NCBI GenBank assembly: GCA_963765125.1
Contig: CAVXUZ010000005.1
Location: 97,596 to 161,595 of the forward strand
Source of the DNA: an uncultured candidate division WWE3 bacterium
Lineage (GTDB): Bacteria > Patescibacteriota > WWE3 > UBA101185 > UBA10185
Direction: 5' to 3'
Length of the DNA stretch: 64,000 nucleotides
In this document: positions 9,910-20,200 of the stretch, one piece after another
How positions within the stretch are numbered: position 1 is the stretch's first letter
Layout of the letters: each line of letters starts with the position of its first letter
Translations under genes and position numbers: made by a program
Notes under the pieces: model-generated
The model's database searches: none
What the model was told of the DNA's origin: nothing
The model's input: only the letters and a program-made list of their open reading frames with translations

Positions 9910-11146
9910 CTATTTCTGAAGCATTTTCAGTACTGGTAGCTCTTTTCCTGACAAAAACTCCAAAGAAGCCCCACCAGCAAGGCTTAAATGCGTTAGTTTT
10001 GATGTATCTGCGAACTTAAGGGCCGCTTCTACAGTATCTCCACCGCAAACGATGGTTGTTGCTTGTGAGGTTGTTTCCATAGCCTTTGCAACGCCTGCTG
10101 TGCCCTGTGAGAAGCCTTTTTCCTCAAACATACCCATTGGCCCATTCCAAAACACCATTTTTGAGGAGTTGATGACTTTTGTGTACAGTTCCACTGTTTT
10201 TGGGCCGATATCAAGGGCTTTTAGACCCATTTGGTACAAATTCGTACTTGTCAGTTACCTCATGGAGTGTTATTTCACCTGGATTTTTACCGTCTGAAGC
10301 GACGAATGCGTCTATTGGTGTAATTACTTTGCCGGGATTGTTCTGCATTATCTCCTTCGCGTATTCAACCCAGTCCTTCTTTTCTTTACGATTAGCATCG
10401 ACAAACTTATCTTCCATAAACGAAGCGCCCATCTCTTTACCGAGAGCTTTTAAAAACACGTTAGCTGTACCTCCACCAACTAGAATATGGTCAGTCTTTG
10501 AGATTAAATTATTTATTGCGTCGACTTTATCTGAAACCTTTGCTCCTCCGATGATTAGTGTAAAGGGATGTTCAGGATTCTCAATTAACTTTCCAAGTTC
10601 AGCAACTTCTTTTTCCATATATAAACCCGCTACTGCTGGTAAATGTCTAAGAATTCCTGTCGTTGATGCGTGTGCTCTATGCGCTTGAGGAAAACCATCA
10701 AATACTACTACTTCGCCATTTTTTGCTAGCTCCTGTGCAAAATTATCATCATCTAAATCCTCTTCAGGATGAAACCTCGTGTTTTCTAGCATTAGTATTT
10801 CTTTAGGATTTAATGTGGAAATTTTATTTCTTACCTCCTCGCCCACGCACTCATCAATCTTGATTACCTCTTGCCCTAAGAGCTCAGAAAGTTTTTTTGC
10901 ATGAGGTGTAGTTCTATATTTCTCTACAATTTTTCCTTCAGGCCTTTCTACATAAGTTAAAACAACAATTTTACAATTTTTATCTTGTAAATATTTAATT
11001 GTAGGGATTGTGGCTCGTATCCTTGAGTCGTCTTTTACAGCGTAAACCCCGTTTCCAAGGTCTTTTACCCCTATATCATAAGGCGATCTGTAAAGAACTG
11101 TTTTACCTGTTACATCAATGTCTTTAAGTGTTTTTAGATTAATCAT
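9910..11146 (-). CDS. pgk: Phosphoglycerate kinase, split by one frameshift near 10220 (possible sequencing error)
   Basis: N part LENTRFH, AHRAHAS, IGGAKVSDK (10211..11146); C part LDIGPKT, WNGPMG.FE, GGDT, GGASLEFL (9910..10239). Confidence 0.93.
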
Positions 11147-11224
11147 TTTTTAAGTATATATTAATACCGTCTAAAAAAACCACGTTGATTTTACTATAAG
11201 TCTCATAAGTGCTAGAATGCGCGT

Positions 11225-13318
11225 ATGCGCGCGACAATATTCGACAATGGTCTAATAACTGACGAACAATTAAAAAAGATTGCGTATCTTTCGTATTCCC
11301 ACGAGAACAGAGAAATAAACGCGATGTTGGCAAGGGTTTCAAAGAAACTGAAATATTATATAAAATTATCGTTCGTGTTAGAGCTAATTAGCTCATTGTC
11401 GCTGTTTTTAACATTAGTATTTATCAGCTATCTTTTTTATTTGAATAACAGGCAGTTACTCACTTTTCTTATTTTATTTTTAGTGTTTCAACTCTTTGTA
11501 CTGCTGGTGAGATACAGAAAATTAAAATATCTATTCAGATACAAAAATGTCGTGAGAGATCTATCAGACAATTTACTCAGTTCAATTTTTGATGATTATA
11601 AACTTTCTCTCGGAGAAATTTTACCAAGTCATCCACAGGTGAAAAAAATTACAAAAGATATTGCGTTTGCCGCAGAGTCTCTTGTAGAACAATTAAGTTT
11701 TGCTAAAGAACTTATTGCGTTAATAGTTGGAACGATAATTCTCATATGCACTGCGTGGATTTCCCATAATGGTATATTTGCTTATCTTAGTGCAGTAGTG
11801 ATTGCAATTGTTATTTTCTACATTATTTACGCTGCTATTGAGGGTGCGTACTACGTTTACGAAGACTCTTATAAAAAATCAAGCGAAAATTACGACGCAT
11901 CGTTTATTAACTCACAGCCTTTGTTAACAAGAACTTTGATTGGTTTTGAAGAAAATCATTATCTAGAAAAAGTTAGATCGTTATCGAATCTACATACAAA
12001 CAAGAATGTAGTTGAGGCAATTGTAAAGTATATGATACCCATTGTGCTTTTAGTCATGCCTTTTGCGTTTAAAATATCTGCTGACTTTCTAATATTTCCA
12101 CTTGTGGGAATATTTATTTCAAATAGGTTATTTCACACCTCAAACCCAATTAAGAATAACTTTAATCTTGTAGCAGGAATCAAAAAGATAGGTACAGTAA
12201 ATGGGTACTTGGAAGATATTATTAATTTTGGAACCGAGATCACACCAAATATTTATAAAAAAATTAAACATGAGTACTTAGAAAAAAATAATAACGCAGA
12301 AATATCAGACCACCTTGTCTGGGGAGATTTAAAAATTAAAAATCTAAACTACACGTCTGGTAAAAATGATAAAGCAAAGCAAGTCCTCGCAGATAATCTA
12401 ATTCTTCCTTATGGAAAAATATCAATCTTAGTAGGGCAAAAAAGTATAGGAAAATCAATTTTTGGAAGAATATTAACTCTACGCTATTCAGACTTTGAGG
12501 CTGATAAATTACTTATTGGTGATAAAGATATAAGAACATTCTCAAGTTTAGACACGGGATTACGTTTGTTACATTATAGTGAGCTGCGTGACGTATCGTC
12601 ATCTTATAGAAACATACTAAGTATGTATCTTAAGCAAGATATATCAGCTAACTCTTTTGTAAGGTCTGTGTTTAGGTTCAAACAAGATATCAGTTGTGTT
12701 GAATCTTTTCTCGCTGAAAATAAAGACTATTACAAAAGTTTGATTGCGAGGTTTACACCATTAATCAAAGATAATGCGATTACGCTTCTTCAGGATGACT
12801 CTGAAAATGGACTTCCACAGCTAGTTTCAGAAATATTTCAAAAAGTAGTTATTAATGAAAACTTTGATGAATATATTGATGAGATGGAACGTAAAATAGG
12901 TAAAGAGCTTGTTAGTAAAGCACTTATATACACAGCCATAGCAGAATATATTTCATTTTCTCATTTAAAGAAATACGTGACTGAGGCTTCAGTTCACTTT
13001 ATGGATGCAAGGCTAGATGAAGCACCTATCTCAAAAGAAATGAAACTAAGGTTTCTCTATGCAATCGATGTTTTTATTGAGGGGTTGGTCTTTGTTGTAG
13101 ACGAGCCGTTCACCAATTTATCAACAAACAATACTATAAAAATATTTAGTGATTTTATTGACTACGCAAAAACGTACAACGCTGTTGTTCTAATACTAGA
13201 TGAAAATATTAATAGCGAAGTAATTGAGGTATATAAAAACAAAAATGTTTTAGGAAAGCTTCTAAGATTTGAAGAAGACGATTACGCGATGAAGATAAAA
13301 TCTAACGATTTTGAATAA
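11225..13318 (+). CDS. Divergent ABC-exporter-like protein (TM domain plus degenerate ATPase domain)
   Basis: About 6 TM segments, Walker-A-like GQKSIGKS, Walker-B-like FVVDEP, no LSGGQ. Confidence 0.65.
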   Translation: MRATIFDNGLITDEQLKKIAYLSYSHENREINAMLARVSKKLKYYIKLSFVLELISSLSLFLTLVFISYLFYLNNRQLLTFLILFLVFQLFVLLVRYRKLKYLFRYKNVVRDLSDNLLSSIFDDYKLSLGEILPSHPQVKKITKDIAFAAESLVEQLSFAKELIALIVGTIILICTAWISHNGIFAYLSAVVIAIVIFYIIYAAIEGAYYVYEDSYKKSSENYDASFINSQPLLTRTLIGFEENHYLEKVRSLSNLHTNKNVVEAIVKYMIPIVLLVMPFAFKISADFLIFPLVGIFISNRLFHTSNPIKNNFNLVAGIKKIGTVNGYLEDIINFGTEITPNIYKKIKHEYLEKNNNAEISDHLVWGDLKIKNLNYTSGKNDKAKQVLADNLILPYGKISILVGQKSIGKSIFGRILTLRYSDFEADKLLIGDKDIRTFSSLDTGLRLLHYSELRDVSSSYRNILSMYLKQDISANSFVRSVFRFKQDISCVESFLAENKDYYKSLIARFTPLIKDNAITLLQDDSENGLPQLVSEIFQKVVINENFDEYIDEMERKIGKELVSKALIYTAIAEYISFSHLKKYVTEASVHFMDARLDEAPISKEMKLRFLYAIDVFIEGLVFVVDEPFTNLSTNNTIKIFSDFIDYAKTYNAVVLILDENINSEVIEVYKNKNVLGKLLRFEEDDYAMKIKSNDFE

Positions 13319-13664
13319 ACTCAAGCCTACTTCCGTCGAGGTCAGATATTGCAAAACAACTTCCATTTTCTGTTTGTGAAAGGCTAGAGAGAAGTGGTGC
13401 GCCAAGTAATTTATATTTTTCAAACAATCCGCCTACATTATCAACATAAAAAGAACAAGCCTGCTTACCTGGTATGCACCTACCGTTGTCTGATTCAGCT
13501 ACTGTAATAAATACCCCATCCTCGATTGTTTTAATTCTCGCTTGTTTGCCGATGTTTTCTGAAACCTTAAAGCCGAGTTTTTGGTAAAACTCTAACGACG
13601 CATTTAAATTTTTGACGTAAAAAATTACATTTCCTAATTTCATATTTAAATAATCATGGGGCAA
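13302..13664 (-). CDS. VOC/glyoxalase family protein
   Basis: VKNLNASLEFYQKLGF...SFYVDNV...DLDGSRLE; true start may be 13643. Confidence 0.85.
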   Translation of the reverse strand: MPHDYLNMKLGNVIFYVKNLNASLEFYQKLGFKVSENIGKQARIKTIEDGVFITVAESDNGRCIPGKQACSFYVDNVGGLFEKYKLLGAPLLSSLSQTENGSCFAISDLDGSRLEFIQNR

Positions 13665-13665
13665 A

Positions 13666-14538
13666 CTATTCCTCTAAGAAGAGAATAACTTCTTGAGCTA
13701 GTTCATGTTCTTTATTTTTAAATCTGCTACCCGATTCTGCGATTACCTTCTGAACGCAATCTTTAATGTTCAGCTTCATGATGTCCACGGCCTCTTGTAC
13801 GCTGTCGTCCTTTTTACTGAGTGGATTAATATACTCATCATTTTTGCCAACAACCACTTTAACGGGAATGTCGAGTTTATTCAAGACCATAAAATTATTC
13901 TCTTTGTCGGCAAAATTAAACATTTTTCCAAAATGATCCATAGTTAACCACGAAAGTAGCGTTTGGTATGAAATACGTAATTCAAATAATTCAGAGTCGA
14001 TAATACCCTCACCAAACCCATTCTCCTCTTTATCCTTAGCTATTTTAAGATAGTCTTTATACTTACCGTTAGACATGATGTGTGCAACTGAGTGAACATC
14101 AAACGGTGAAAGTAGAATAATCTTTTTAATGTATTTAATGTGGCTGCCTTCTGCCATGTACCTAACTGCTTTAACCGTACCGATAGAATGTCCCTGCAAA
14201 ACAATATTGTGATAGCCATTTTCTATCAAAAATTCAACCCAGGCGTCGATATCAAGATACGCTTGTTTTAAAACCTCATAATGTGACCCAAGCATTGCCG
14301 AACTACCGTCAGTTTTATCAAACTCCTTTTCACTCGCTGTACCTCTAGTTTCAACACTGAGAAAAGTATGTCCATTTTCTTTTAACGCCTCTGCAATTAC
14401 TGGTACAAAACCATTAGAATAAAAATCTTCTTCGTAGCCATGAACATTTAACACAGCGTACTTATCTTTATCTCCCCTGCTAAACAGCCCGTGTAGATAA
14501 ATTCCGTCTTTTGTAGAAGTTTTAACTAATTCAAACAT
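13666..14538 (-). CDS. Alpha/beta hydrolase (DUF1749-like)
   Basis: VHG oxyanion motif, LQGHSIG nucleophile elbow. Confidence 0.85.
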   Translation of the reverse strand: MFELVKTSTKDGIYLHGLFSRGDKDKYAVLNVHGYEEDFYSNGFVPVIAEALKENGHTFLSVETRGTASEKEFDKTDGSSAMLGSHYEVLKQAYLDIDAWVEFLIENGYHNIVLQGHSIGTVKAVRYMAEGSHIKYIKKIILLSPFDVHSVAHIMSNGKYKDYLKIAKDKEENGFGEGIIDSELFELRISYQTLLSWLTMDHFGKMFNFADKENNFMVLNKLDIPVKVVVGKNDEYINPLSKKDDSVQEAVDIMKLNIKDCVQKVIAESGSRFKNKEHELAQEVILFLEE

Positions 14539-14642
14539 AAATTAATCATACTATTTTTTGTGTAAAGTGTTGAGAGACATTTTTCAAAGCGTTATAAAAG
14601 CGCAGCAGACAACAAGCTCATTTATGATGCTAAGATATAAAA

Positions 14643-15146
14643 ATGAAAGAAGTTGTTGTAAACGACATTATGCAAAAGAATTATATTTACGACTTAGTAT
14701 GTCCTATGGGAAAGCAATTTGACCCAGAATTTAAACCAGAACTTACACCAAAAGAAATGCTAAAACTTGGGGTATTTGGTGGAAAATACATGACGGATTG
14801 TAAAAACGAATTTCCTAAAGATTGGTATAAAGATGCAAAGCTTTGCCCAGAAAAACACGATTCGCAGCAAAATTATTTTAAAGTTAACGCAAGTCAACCG
14901 CTGTCTGTATGGAGAAAAAAAGGTTGGATTTACCACGAAGACCCGAGAGGATGGTTTCAATGGTATTGCAGATATTATATGGGTAGAAGAATATTCGATG
15001 AGGATGCGAGGCAAATAAAGAGATGGAAGGCAATGAAAAGGCACCTTATGCAATTGGTAAAAAACTGCAAAAAGGGCGATTTTACATGTCGTCCTGTGCA
15101 GCGTCAGGCTTTGCTTCATTGGGCGTACGACACTCGCAAATACTGA
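14643..15146 (+). CDS. Conserved hypothetical protein
   Basis: LTPKEMLKLGVFGG, DPRGWFQWYCRYYMGRR, RQALLHWAYD look like a conserved uncharacterised family. Confidence 0.8.
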   Translation: MKEVVVNDIMQKNYIYDLVCPMGKQFDPEFKPELTPKEMLKLGVFGGKYMTDCKNEFPKDWYKDAKLCPEKHDSQQNYFKVNASQPLSVWRKKGWIYHEDPRGWFQWYCRYYMGRRIFDEDARQIKRWKAMKRHLMQLVKNCKKGDFTCRPVQRQALLHWAYDTRKY

Positions 15147-15160
15147 TGTATACTTAAAAT

Positions 15161-15550
15161 ATGCAATTTATAAAATACTTTTCTTTTTCGTTGGTGATAT
15201 TTTTAGTTATTGATGGAATATGGCTTGGATTGATCGCCAAAAATTTATACGCTCAAAAGATTGGACATCTACTTGCGGATAAACCAAATCTAATCGCAGC
15301 ATTAATTTTTTACATATTTTTTATTGCAGTATTAACTTTAATGGTAACCATGCCTGCAATAAAAATAGGCTCACTCTCAAATGTTATTTTGTTTAGTTTG
15401 CTATTTGGTGCGGTGACATACGCGACATACGATCTGACTAATCTCGCCACGTTAAAAGATTGGCCTATAATGGTTACAGTCATAGATATTATATGGGGCG
15501 CGTTTGTTACAGGGGTTGTATCAACTCTAACCTTCATAGTTTTTAAATAA
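15161..15550 (+). CDS. DUF2177-family membrane protein
   Basis: IDGIWL...YATYDLTNLATLKDWP...DIIWG. Confidence 0.85.
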   Translation: MQFIKYFSFSLVIFLVIDGIWLGLIAKNLYAQKIGHLLADKPNLIAALIFYIFFIAVLTLMVTMPAIKIGSLSNVILFSLLFGAVTYATYDLTNLATLKDWPIMVTVIDIIWGAFVTGVVSTLTFIVFK

Positions 15551-15590
15551 AAAAAAGACACCATTTTTTGTATGATGTCTTTAGGCTGTA

Positions 15591-15836
15591 TTAGGCAGTA
15601 AAAGAGTTTAATAAAACAAAATTACTACCCACTTTTTTTAATGTAACTACTCTATAGCTTGTTGGAACAAAAAACATTAAACATTTCTTAAAAACGTTCT
15701 CAGTAGTAATGTATACTACAACAAGCCAAAGTCCTTTCCCTGAAATTAACGGCTTCTTTACTACTGCACCAGGAATTTCTGTATTAACTTCGAGTCTGTA
15801 GAAGAAGCCCTCCCTAATCTTAACTGATTGTGCCAT
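15591..15836 (-). CDS. Small hypothetical protein
   Basis: GGAGG RBS upstream; hairpin aaagaca..tgtcttt downstream. Confidence 0.6.
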   Translation of the reverse strand: MAQSVKIREGFFYRLEVNTEIPGAVVKKPLISGKGLWLVVVYITTENVFKKCLMFFVPTSYRVVTLKKVGSNFVLLNSFTA

Positions 15837-15901
15837 TATTAAACCTCCGGTTTGATTTACGTAGCATTATACACAAATCAGCCCCAAAGCACAACTATGG
15901 G

Positions 15902-16846
15902 TTATATTAATGAGAGGGTATGAAGGTAGAAAATCATCAAACCAAGAAACGCAATACCTAAAAGAAAAGGAATAACTTTACCTTTATAAATCTTAATTAC
16001 TAAGAAAAGCAACGTTGCAGTACCTAAAAACCAAATCCAGTCTTTGCCAGGAATTGCTATGTGTTCTCCAAAATATAATGAAATGCCTCCGATAATTGCA
16101 AGATTGTAGGTGTTACTCCCGATTATGTTACCTAGTGTTAGTTTTTCGTCTTTTTCCTTAAGACTAAACAGCATTGTAAGCATTTCTGGCATTGAAGTAG
16201 AAACAGCAGTTAAAGAAAGTCCAAGAACCGTAGTGCTGTAGCCCAGTAATAAAGACAGATGTTCTGTAGAATTTACAACGAGAAGACCGCCTAAAAATAT
16301 TCCGACAAGACTTAGCAACAGCAATAATGCAGTAATCTTTGTAAATTTAACTTTTTTATGAAAGAGACTGAGTCTTTTTAAATCCTCAAGCTTACTCCCC
16401 TGCTTACCCCATCTGTATTCCATAAACGTTACAAATATTCCTACAGTAATTAAAAGTAAACCAGAAGTTAGATGCGAAATTTTAAAATAATTTAATGCAA
16501 AAAATAGAAAACTTAAAATAAGAACGATTAGACCAGCTTTTTGTGTCTTAGTAGTACCAATTCTCAACCCACCAAAAAGTATTCCTACACCTAAAATAAA
16601 AATCACGTTAACAATATTTGATCCCATCACGTTGCCTATAGCTAAGCCGTAGTCTCCATTAAAAACAGCTATCCCAGATACTGCAAATTCAGGTAACGTT
16701 GTACCAAAAGAAAGAAGCACGATACCAACAACCAAAGGTGATATTTTAAACTTATACGCAAGTTTTTCTGAAGTGTTAACGAGATAGCTAGTGCTGAGTA
16801 GTAAAGTTACAAGTCCTAATAAAAACAAAAGTATCTGAAGGGGCAT
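15902..16846 (-). CDS. Calcium/sodium antiporter (CaCA, YrbG-like)
   Basis: Alpha repeats GTTLPE..GNVMGSN and STSMPE..GNIIGSN. Confidence 0.92.
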   Translation of the reverse strand: MPLQILLFLLGLVTLLLSTSYLVNTSEKLAYKFKISPLVVGIVLLSFGTTLPEFAVSGIAVFNGDYGLAIGNVMGSNIVNVIFILGVGILFGGLRIGTTKTQKAGLIVLILSFLFFALNYFKISHLTSGLLLITVGIFVTFMEYRWGKQGSKLEDLKRLSLFHKKVKFTKITALLLLLSLVGIFLGGLLVVNSTEHLSLLLGYSTTVLGLSLTAVSTSMPEMLTMLFSLKEKDEKLTLGNIIGSNTYNLAIIGGISLYFGEHIAIPGKDWIWFLGTATLLFLVIKIYKGKVIPFLLGIAFLGLMIFYLHTLSLI

Positions 16847-16873
16847 AAATTAATTATACATATTTTGAAAATA

Positions 16874-17095
16874 TTATGGTTTGGTGATTTCTTTGCTTTG
16901 TTTCGAATACTTATCTATGAGTAGATAAATAATTGGTAGTATACCTACCGAGTTAATTACTAAAAGTGGAATAAACCAATATTTTTGTCCTCTTTGTGCT
17001 GATTTCCACAGAGCTATCCCTCTCCACACAGCATCCCAAGCAAGTGTAATAATAAAAACCAGCTTATTTTCAAATGTAAAATTAAAGTTGTTCAT
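16874..17095 (-). CDS. Small membrane protein (DUF5652-like)
   Basis: W..VWRGIALWKSA....KYWF..LLVINSVGILPIIY; start placed at MNNFNF because the longer ORF overlaps a tRNA. Confidence 0.8.
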   Translation of the reverse strand: MNNFNFTFENKLVFIITLAWDAVWRGIALWKSAQRGQKYWFIPLLVINSVGILPIIYLLIDKYSKQSKEITKP

Positions 17096-17137
17096 ATTGC
17101 ACTCCAACCCACTAAGCTCGAGTACGAGCAAGTGATT
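17095..17137 (-). repeat. Partial copy of the ~70-bp tRNA-trailer repeat
   Basis: tattgcactccaacccactaagctcgagtacgagcaagtgatt matches the copy at about 8007-8049. Confidence 0.9.
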
Positions 17138-17222
17138 TGGTGGGCGGGGAGGGACTCGAACCCTCAATCCTTTCGGAACACGGTTCTAAGCCGTGCGCGT
17201 ATACCAATTCCGCCACTCGCCC
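17138..17222 (-). tRNA. tRNA-Leu(TAG)
   Basis: GGGCGAGTGGCGGAATTGG...CACGG-CTTAGAA-CCGTG, long variable arm, CACCA end. Confidence 0.96.
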
Positions 17223-17277
17223 ATTTCAATGGCTGGTTCATTATACAAAAGAAGAACGTGTTTGTTTAGGGAAAGTA

Positions 17278-17823
17278 TTAAATTTGGTCGGCGATCTCGT
17301 CCATTTGGTTCATGAAGAAGCTTACACCGCTTAACCAATGGTTTGCTCTTGGAGGTGTATATACAGGCGCCATTTTCGCAGGTGTGTTAAGACCTTTTTT
17401 TGCGTATCCTTCGTAAATACCTTTACCAACGGTTTCAATGCCCTCATCGAAGTTTTTGAAGTATATTGTTTGGTTACCGTAAATACCCCAACCCCATGCG
17501 TTATGGCTGTTTACTATTAAATGTTTACCGCAGGTTGATTCCATACAGCTAATTGCAGGTAAAAGCCTGTAATCAAGACCATATTTATCAGCAACCTCAA
17601 TAAAGGTGTCGACGTTGTCTTTTAAGGGAGAGTTGTATTTTGCTAAAAATCTAGCTAAAACCTCTCTTCTATCAAGTTTTACTGAGTTTATCTCAAATGA
17701 GACTTTGGCGTCGGTATCTTCTTTCTTTTCCTTTGCAACAACAACACCACTCAATGAAGAGGCTGTCACTAAAATAGCCAAAAAAGGCACAAATATTGAG
17801 ATGTATATCTTTAGTTTAGTCAT
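17278..17823 (-). CDS. Secreted lysozyme-like/glucosaminidase-like protein
   Basis: Signal peptide; LLPAISCMESTCGK...NAWGWG...MAPVYTPP. Confidence 0.75.
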   Translation of the reverse strand: MTKLKIYISIFVPFLAILVTASSLSGVVVAKEKKEDTDAKVSFEINSVKLDRREVLARFLAKYNSPLKDNVDTFIEVADKYGLDYRLLPAISCMESTCGKHLIVNSHNAWGWGIYGNQTIYFKNFDEGIETVGKGIYEGYAKKGLNTPAKMAPVYTPPRANHWLSGVSFFMNQMDEIADQI

Positions 17824-17962
17824 ATTTAAGCTTTCAATTAGGATTATTTTAAGGCAGTAGTGTATTCATAAAATACCGTAATATCTACTATTACGAGGGT
17901 AAATTCTACCATACATTATAGGTTATGGCAAACTGTCAAAACATTGTGGTTACAACGTAAAA

Positions 17963-18754
17963 CTACTCTGTGGGTGTCTTATAATTGAGTATAAAGTCTC
18001 TGAAGTACCCCACTCCCCTGCACCAACTCCCGTTTGATGGCGGTGTGTAGGTCTTCATAATCTCGCAAAGGTCGGTAATATCGCGTGAAAAGAACCTTTT
18101 TGACATGTACTTTGAGACTACCTCGATGCCCTCGTTCCAGTCTTTGAAGCCAAATACCTGATCTCCGTAGGTTGCCCATCCCCAAGCATTGTAAGATTCA
18201 GCGCCGTCAATTGAGGGTGTATTTTTACCGCAACTAGACTCTTGGAATGCAATAGACACTACTAACCAATATGGAAGGTCGTTTTTATCAGCCTCTTCCA
18301 CAAACTTAGAACCGTATCCGTAAAGCGGGCAATTAAATGTTTTAAAAACGCTATCAACCTTTGCTGCGCGAGAGTCTTTGTAAGAAAGATTTTGATTTAC
18401 ATCGTCTAAAGTTAATGGGGTGGCTGAAAATAATGCGTATCTATCTGGAGCCTTAGCTGATACTTTTAAAAGTGGTGTATTAAAAACTGAAGCTAGCAAG
18501 AAAAGCGAAACTGCAACAGCCGATACTCCTATACCGCTATACGCTTTGAAAAACTCTAGTGAGAAAACATTTTTTGCGCCAGACCTAAAGTCCATAAACT
18601 TACCAAACAAAACTTCTTTTTTAGTTGGAACAACATTTGAAAGGGTTGAGATTGCTTCTCTTGGTATATAAGTTGGTTGGATAAAATCAACGTCAGCTGT
18701 ACTTAATGGTTTACCATCTTTAACAAAAAACTTCTTCGTATAATTTCTCGGCAC
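17963..18754 (-). CDS. Membrane-anchored lysozyme-like/glucosaminidase-like protein, paralog of the neighbour
   Basis: SIAFQESSCGK...NAWGWA...MKTYTPP. Confidence 0.75.
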   Translation of the reverse strand: MPRNYTKKFFVKDGKPLSTADVDFIQPTYIPREAISTLSNVVPTKKEVLFGKFMDFRSGAKNVFSLEFFKAYSGIGVSAVAVSLFLLASVFNTPLLKVSAKAPDRYALFSATPLTLDDVNQNLSYKDSRAAKVDSVFKTFNCPLYGYGSKFVEEADKNDLPYWLVVSIAFQESSCGKNTPSIDGAESYNAWGWATYGDQVFGFKDWNEGIEVVSKYMSKRFFSRDITDLCEIMKTYTPPSNGSWCRGVGYFRDFILNYKTPTE

Positions 18755-18793
18755 AAAACAAAGATAACAGAATATTGGTGAGAGAGGAAGATG

Positions 18794-19267
18794 CTAAATG
18801 CTGAAAAAGTGTGCGACGAGGTAACCAAGTAGTGCTGCACACCCCGCGACTAATACCACTCTGAAGCCAGATCGTAGTTTTCTCGTTGGCAGATAGCCTA
18901 ATATATATAGCGAAATCAACGTGAAAGCAATCGAAAACAACTTAGCAGGCAGTGTGTCAAAAAATATATATGGTGCTAATGGAATAAACCCCGCAAAAAA
19001 ATATGCAAAAAACATAATCACGCCATCAATTGCAGGATCAAGCTTACTTCTATGGTCGACCTCATTTATTTCTGACTCAGTAAGAAATGAACCGGCGCCC
19101 ATCGAAGCTGCCTCTACGACTATAGTAATTAATCCAGTGACTATTATTTGCTCTTGGGGAAAGTTAGAAACTGATGCGACTCCGAAAACAACACCAAAAG
19201 TTGAAACTAAACTGTCTTCAATACCAAAAATTAAATTTCTGAGATTATTGGGGGTAAATTTTCTCAC
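18794..19267 (-). CDS. VIT1/CCC1 family transporter
   Basis: IFGIEDSLVST, ASMGAGSFL, GFIPLAPY. Confidence 0.9.
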   Translation of the reverse strand: MRKFTPNNLRNLIFGIEDSLVSTFGVVFGVASVSNFPQEQIIVTGLITIVVEAASMGAGSFLTESEINEVDHRSKLDPAIDGVIMFFAYFFAGFIPLAPYIFFDTLPAKLFSIAFTLISLYILGYLPTRKLRSGFRVVLVAGCAALLGYLVAHFFSI

Positions 19268-19316
19268 AACGTAATGTTACTTGATTTTATTTGGTGATGG
19301 AAGAAGCGTTTGAGAA

Positions 19317-19354
19317 ATAAAAAAAGCTGAAGAGTGTTTTATTTTCTTCAGCTT
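19317..19354 (-). terminator. Intrinsic terminator
   Basis: aagctgaaga...tcttcagctt with A-run; first 24 bp repeated at 19775. Confidence 0.7.
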
Positions 19355-19365
19355 AGAGATTGCCC

Positions 19366-19707
19366 CTACCAGTGAATTAGCCTAATGAGAAAATACATTA
19401 ATTTCTCGAGTAAATTTACCAGTAGAACTACCAAGAGTGGAACTGTAACTACGAATAAGATTCCCAAGATGGATACATCTGTATTAGTGAGTACCCAAAA
19501 AAAGCCTCTTTTCTTAACCATGCGGCAACGTTCAAGCTCCTTAGATATGTCGTACAGCCACTGGTCATCCTCGTCGATCTCTCCTAGTATTGGTTTAGTT
19601 TTCATCCAGTTATCATAAAAAGTCTGCCAATCCTGTGGCCAGTATCCTATGACATGTCTAGCATTCCATAACTCTTGGTTTGACGATAGACTAACCTTTC
19701 GTAGCAT
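19366..19707 (-). CDS. Hypothetical protein with C-terminal TM helix
   Basis: GAGGAGG RBS; similar to 19840..20139. Confidence 0.75.
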   Translation of the reverse strand: MLRKVSLSSNQELWNARHVIGYWPQDWQTFYDNWMKTKPILGEIDEDDQWLYDISKELERCRMVKKRGFFWVLTNTDVSILGILFVVTVPLLVVLLVNLLEKLMYFLIRLIHW

Positions 19708-19839
19708 AACTACCTCCTCTCTTTTCTGTATTTATGCGATTGTATTATAAAGTGAAAATTTAAGCAAAGTTGCTATAAAAAAAGCTGAAGAGTGTTTTTA
19801 TAATACCCCTCAGCTTGTTTGTTGTTACCGGACTAGTCC

Positions 19840-20139
19840 CTATAAAAGCAACAAAAGAAAAAACAATAAGAATGGAACAGCAGTTAACAACGATACGTTA
19901 AGATAAAAAAGAAACTGCTTGTGTTGATAAATTATTGCTGCTGTTTTTTCTTTGACCAATCCTGCTAACAATAGCTGCTGAGCAAGGTGATACATGTAAC
20001 CGAGGTCATCATCCTCACTAAAGTTTTCAGCGGTAAGAATTTGGTGATCGTAAAATGCCTGCCACTCCTTTGGCTTTTCACCAATTATTAAAGTTACATT
20101 CTGCAGTTCTACAGGTAGTGCCGCTGTGCTGTTTTCCAT
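19840..20139 (-). CDS. Hypothetical protein with C-terminal TM helix
   Basis: GAGGAGG RBS; IIGEKPKEWQAFYD vs VIGYWPQDWQTFYD in the neighbour. Confidence 0.75.
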   Translation of the reverse strand: MENSTAALPVELQNVTLIIGEKPKEWQAFYDHQILTAENFSEDDDLGYMYHLAQQLLLAGLVKEKTAAIIYQHKQFLFYLNVSLLTAVPFLLFFLLLLL

Positions 20140-20200
20140 AATAGCCTCCTCTCTCGATTTGTTAGCAGAATTTTAGCAGAATATAGCCATATTTTCAAAA

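Noticed and set aside
9910-11146. Programmed frameshifting or true pseudogenisation of pgk (likewise trxB and the cytochrome b5-like gene)
   Set aside because: Single-base indels in otherwise intact genes, at least one in an A-run, are better explained by sequencing error. This cannot be settled without reads.
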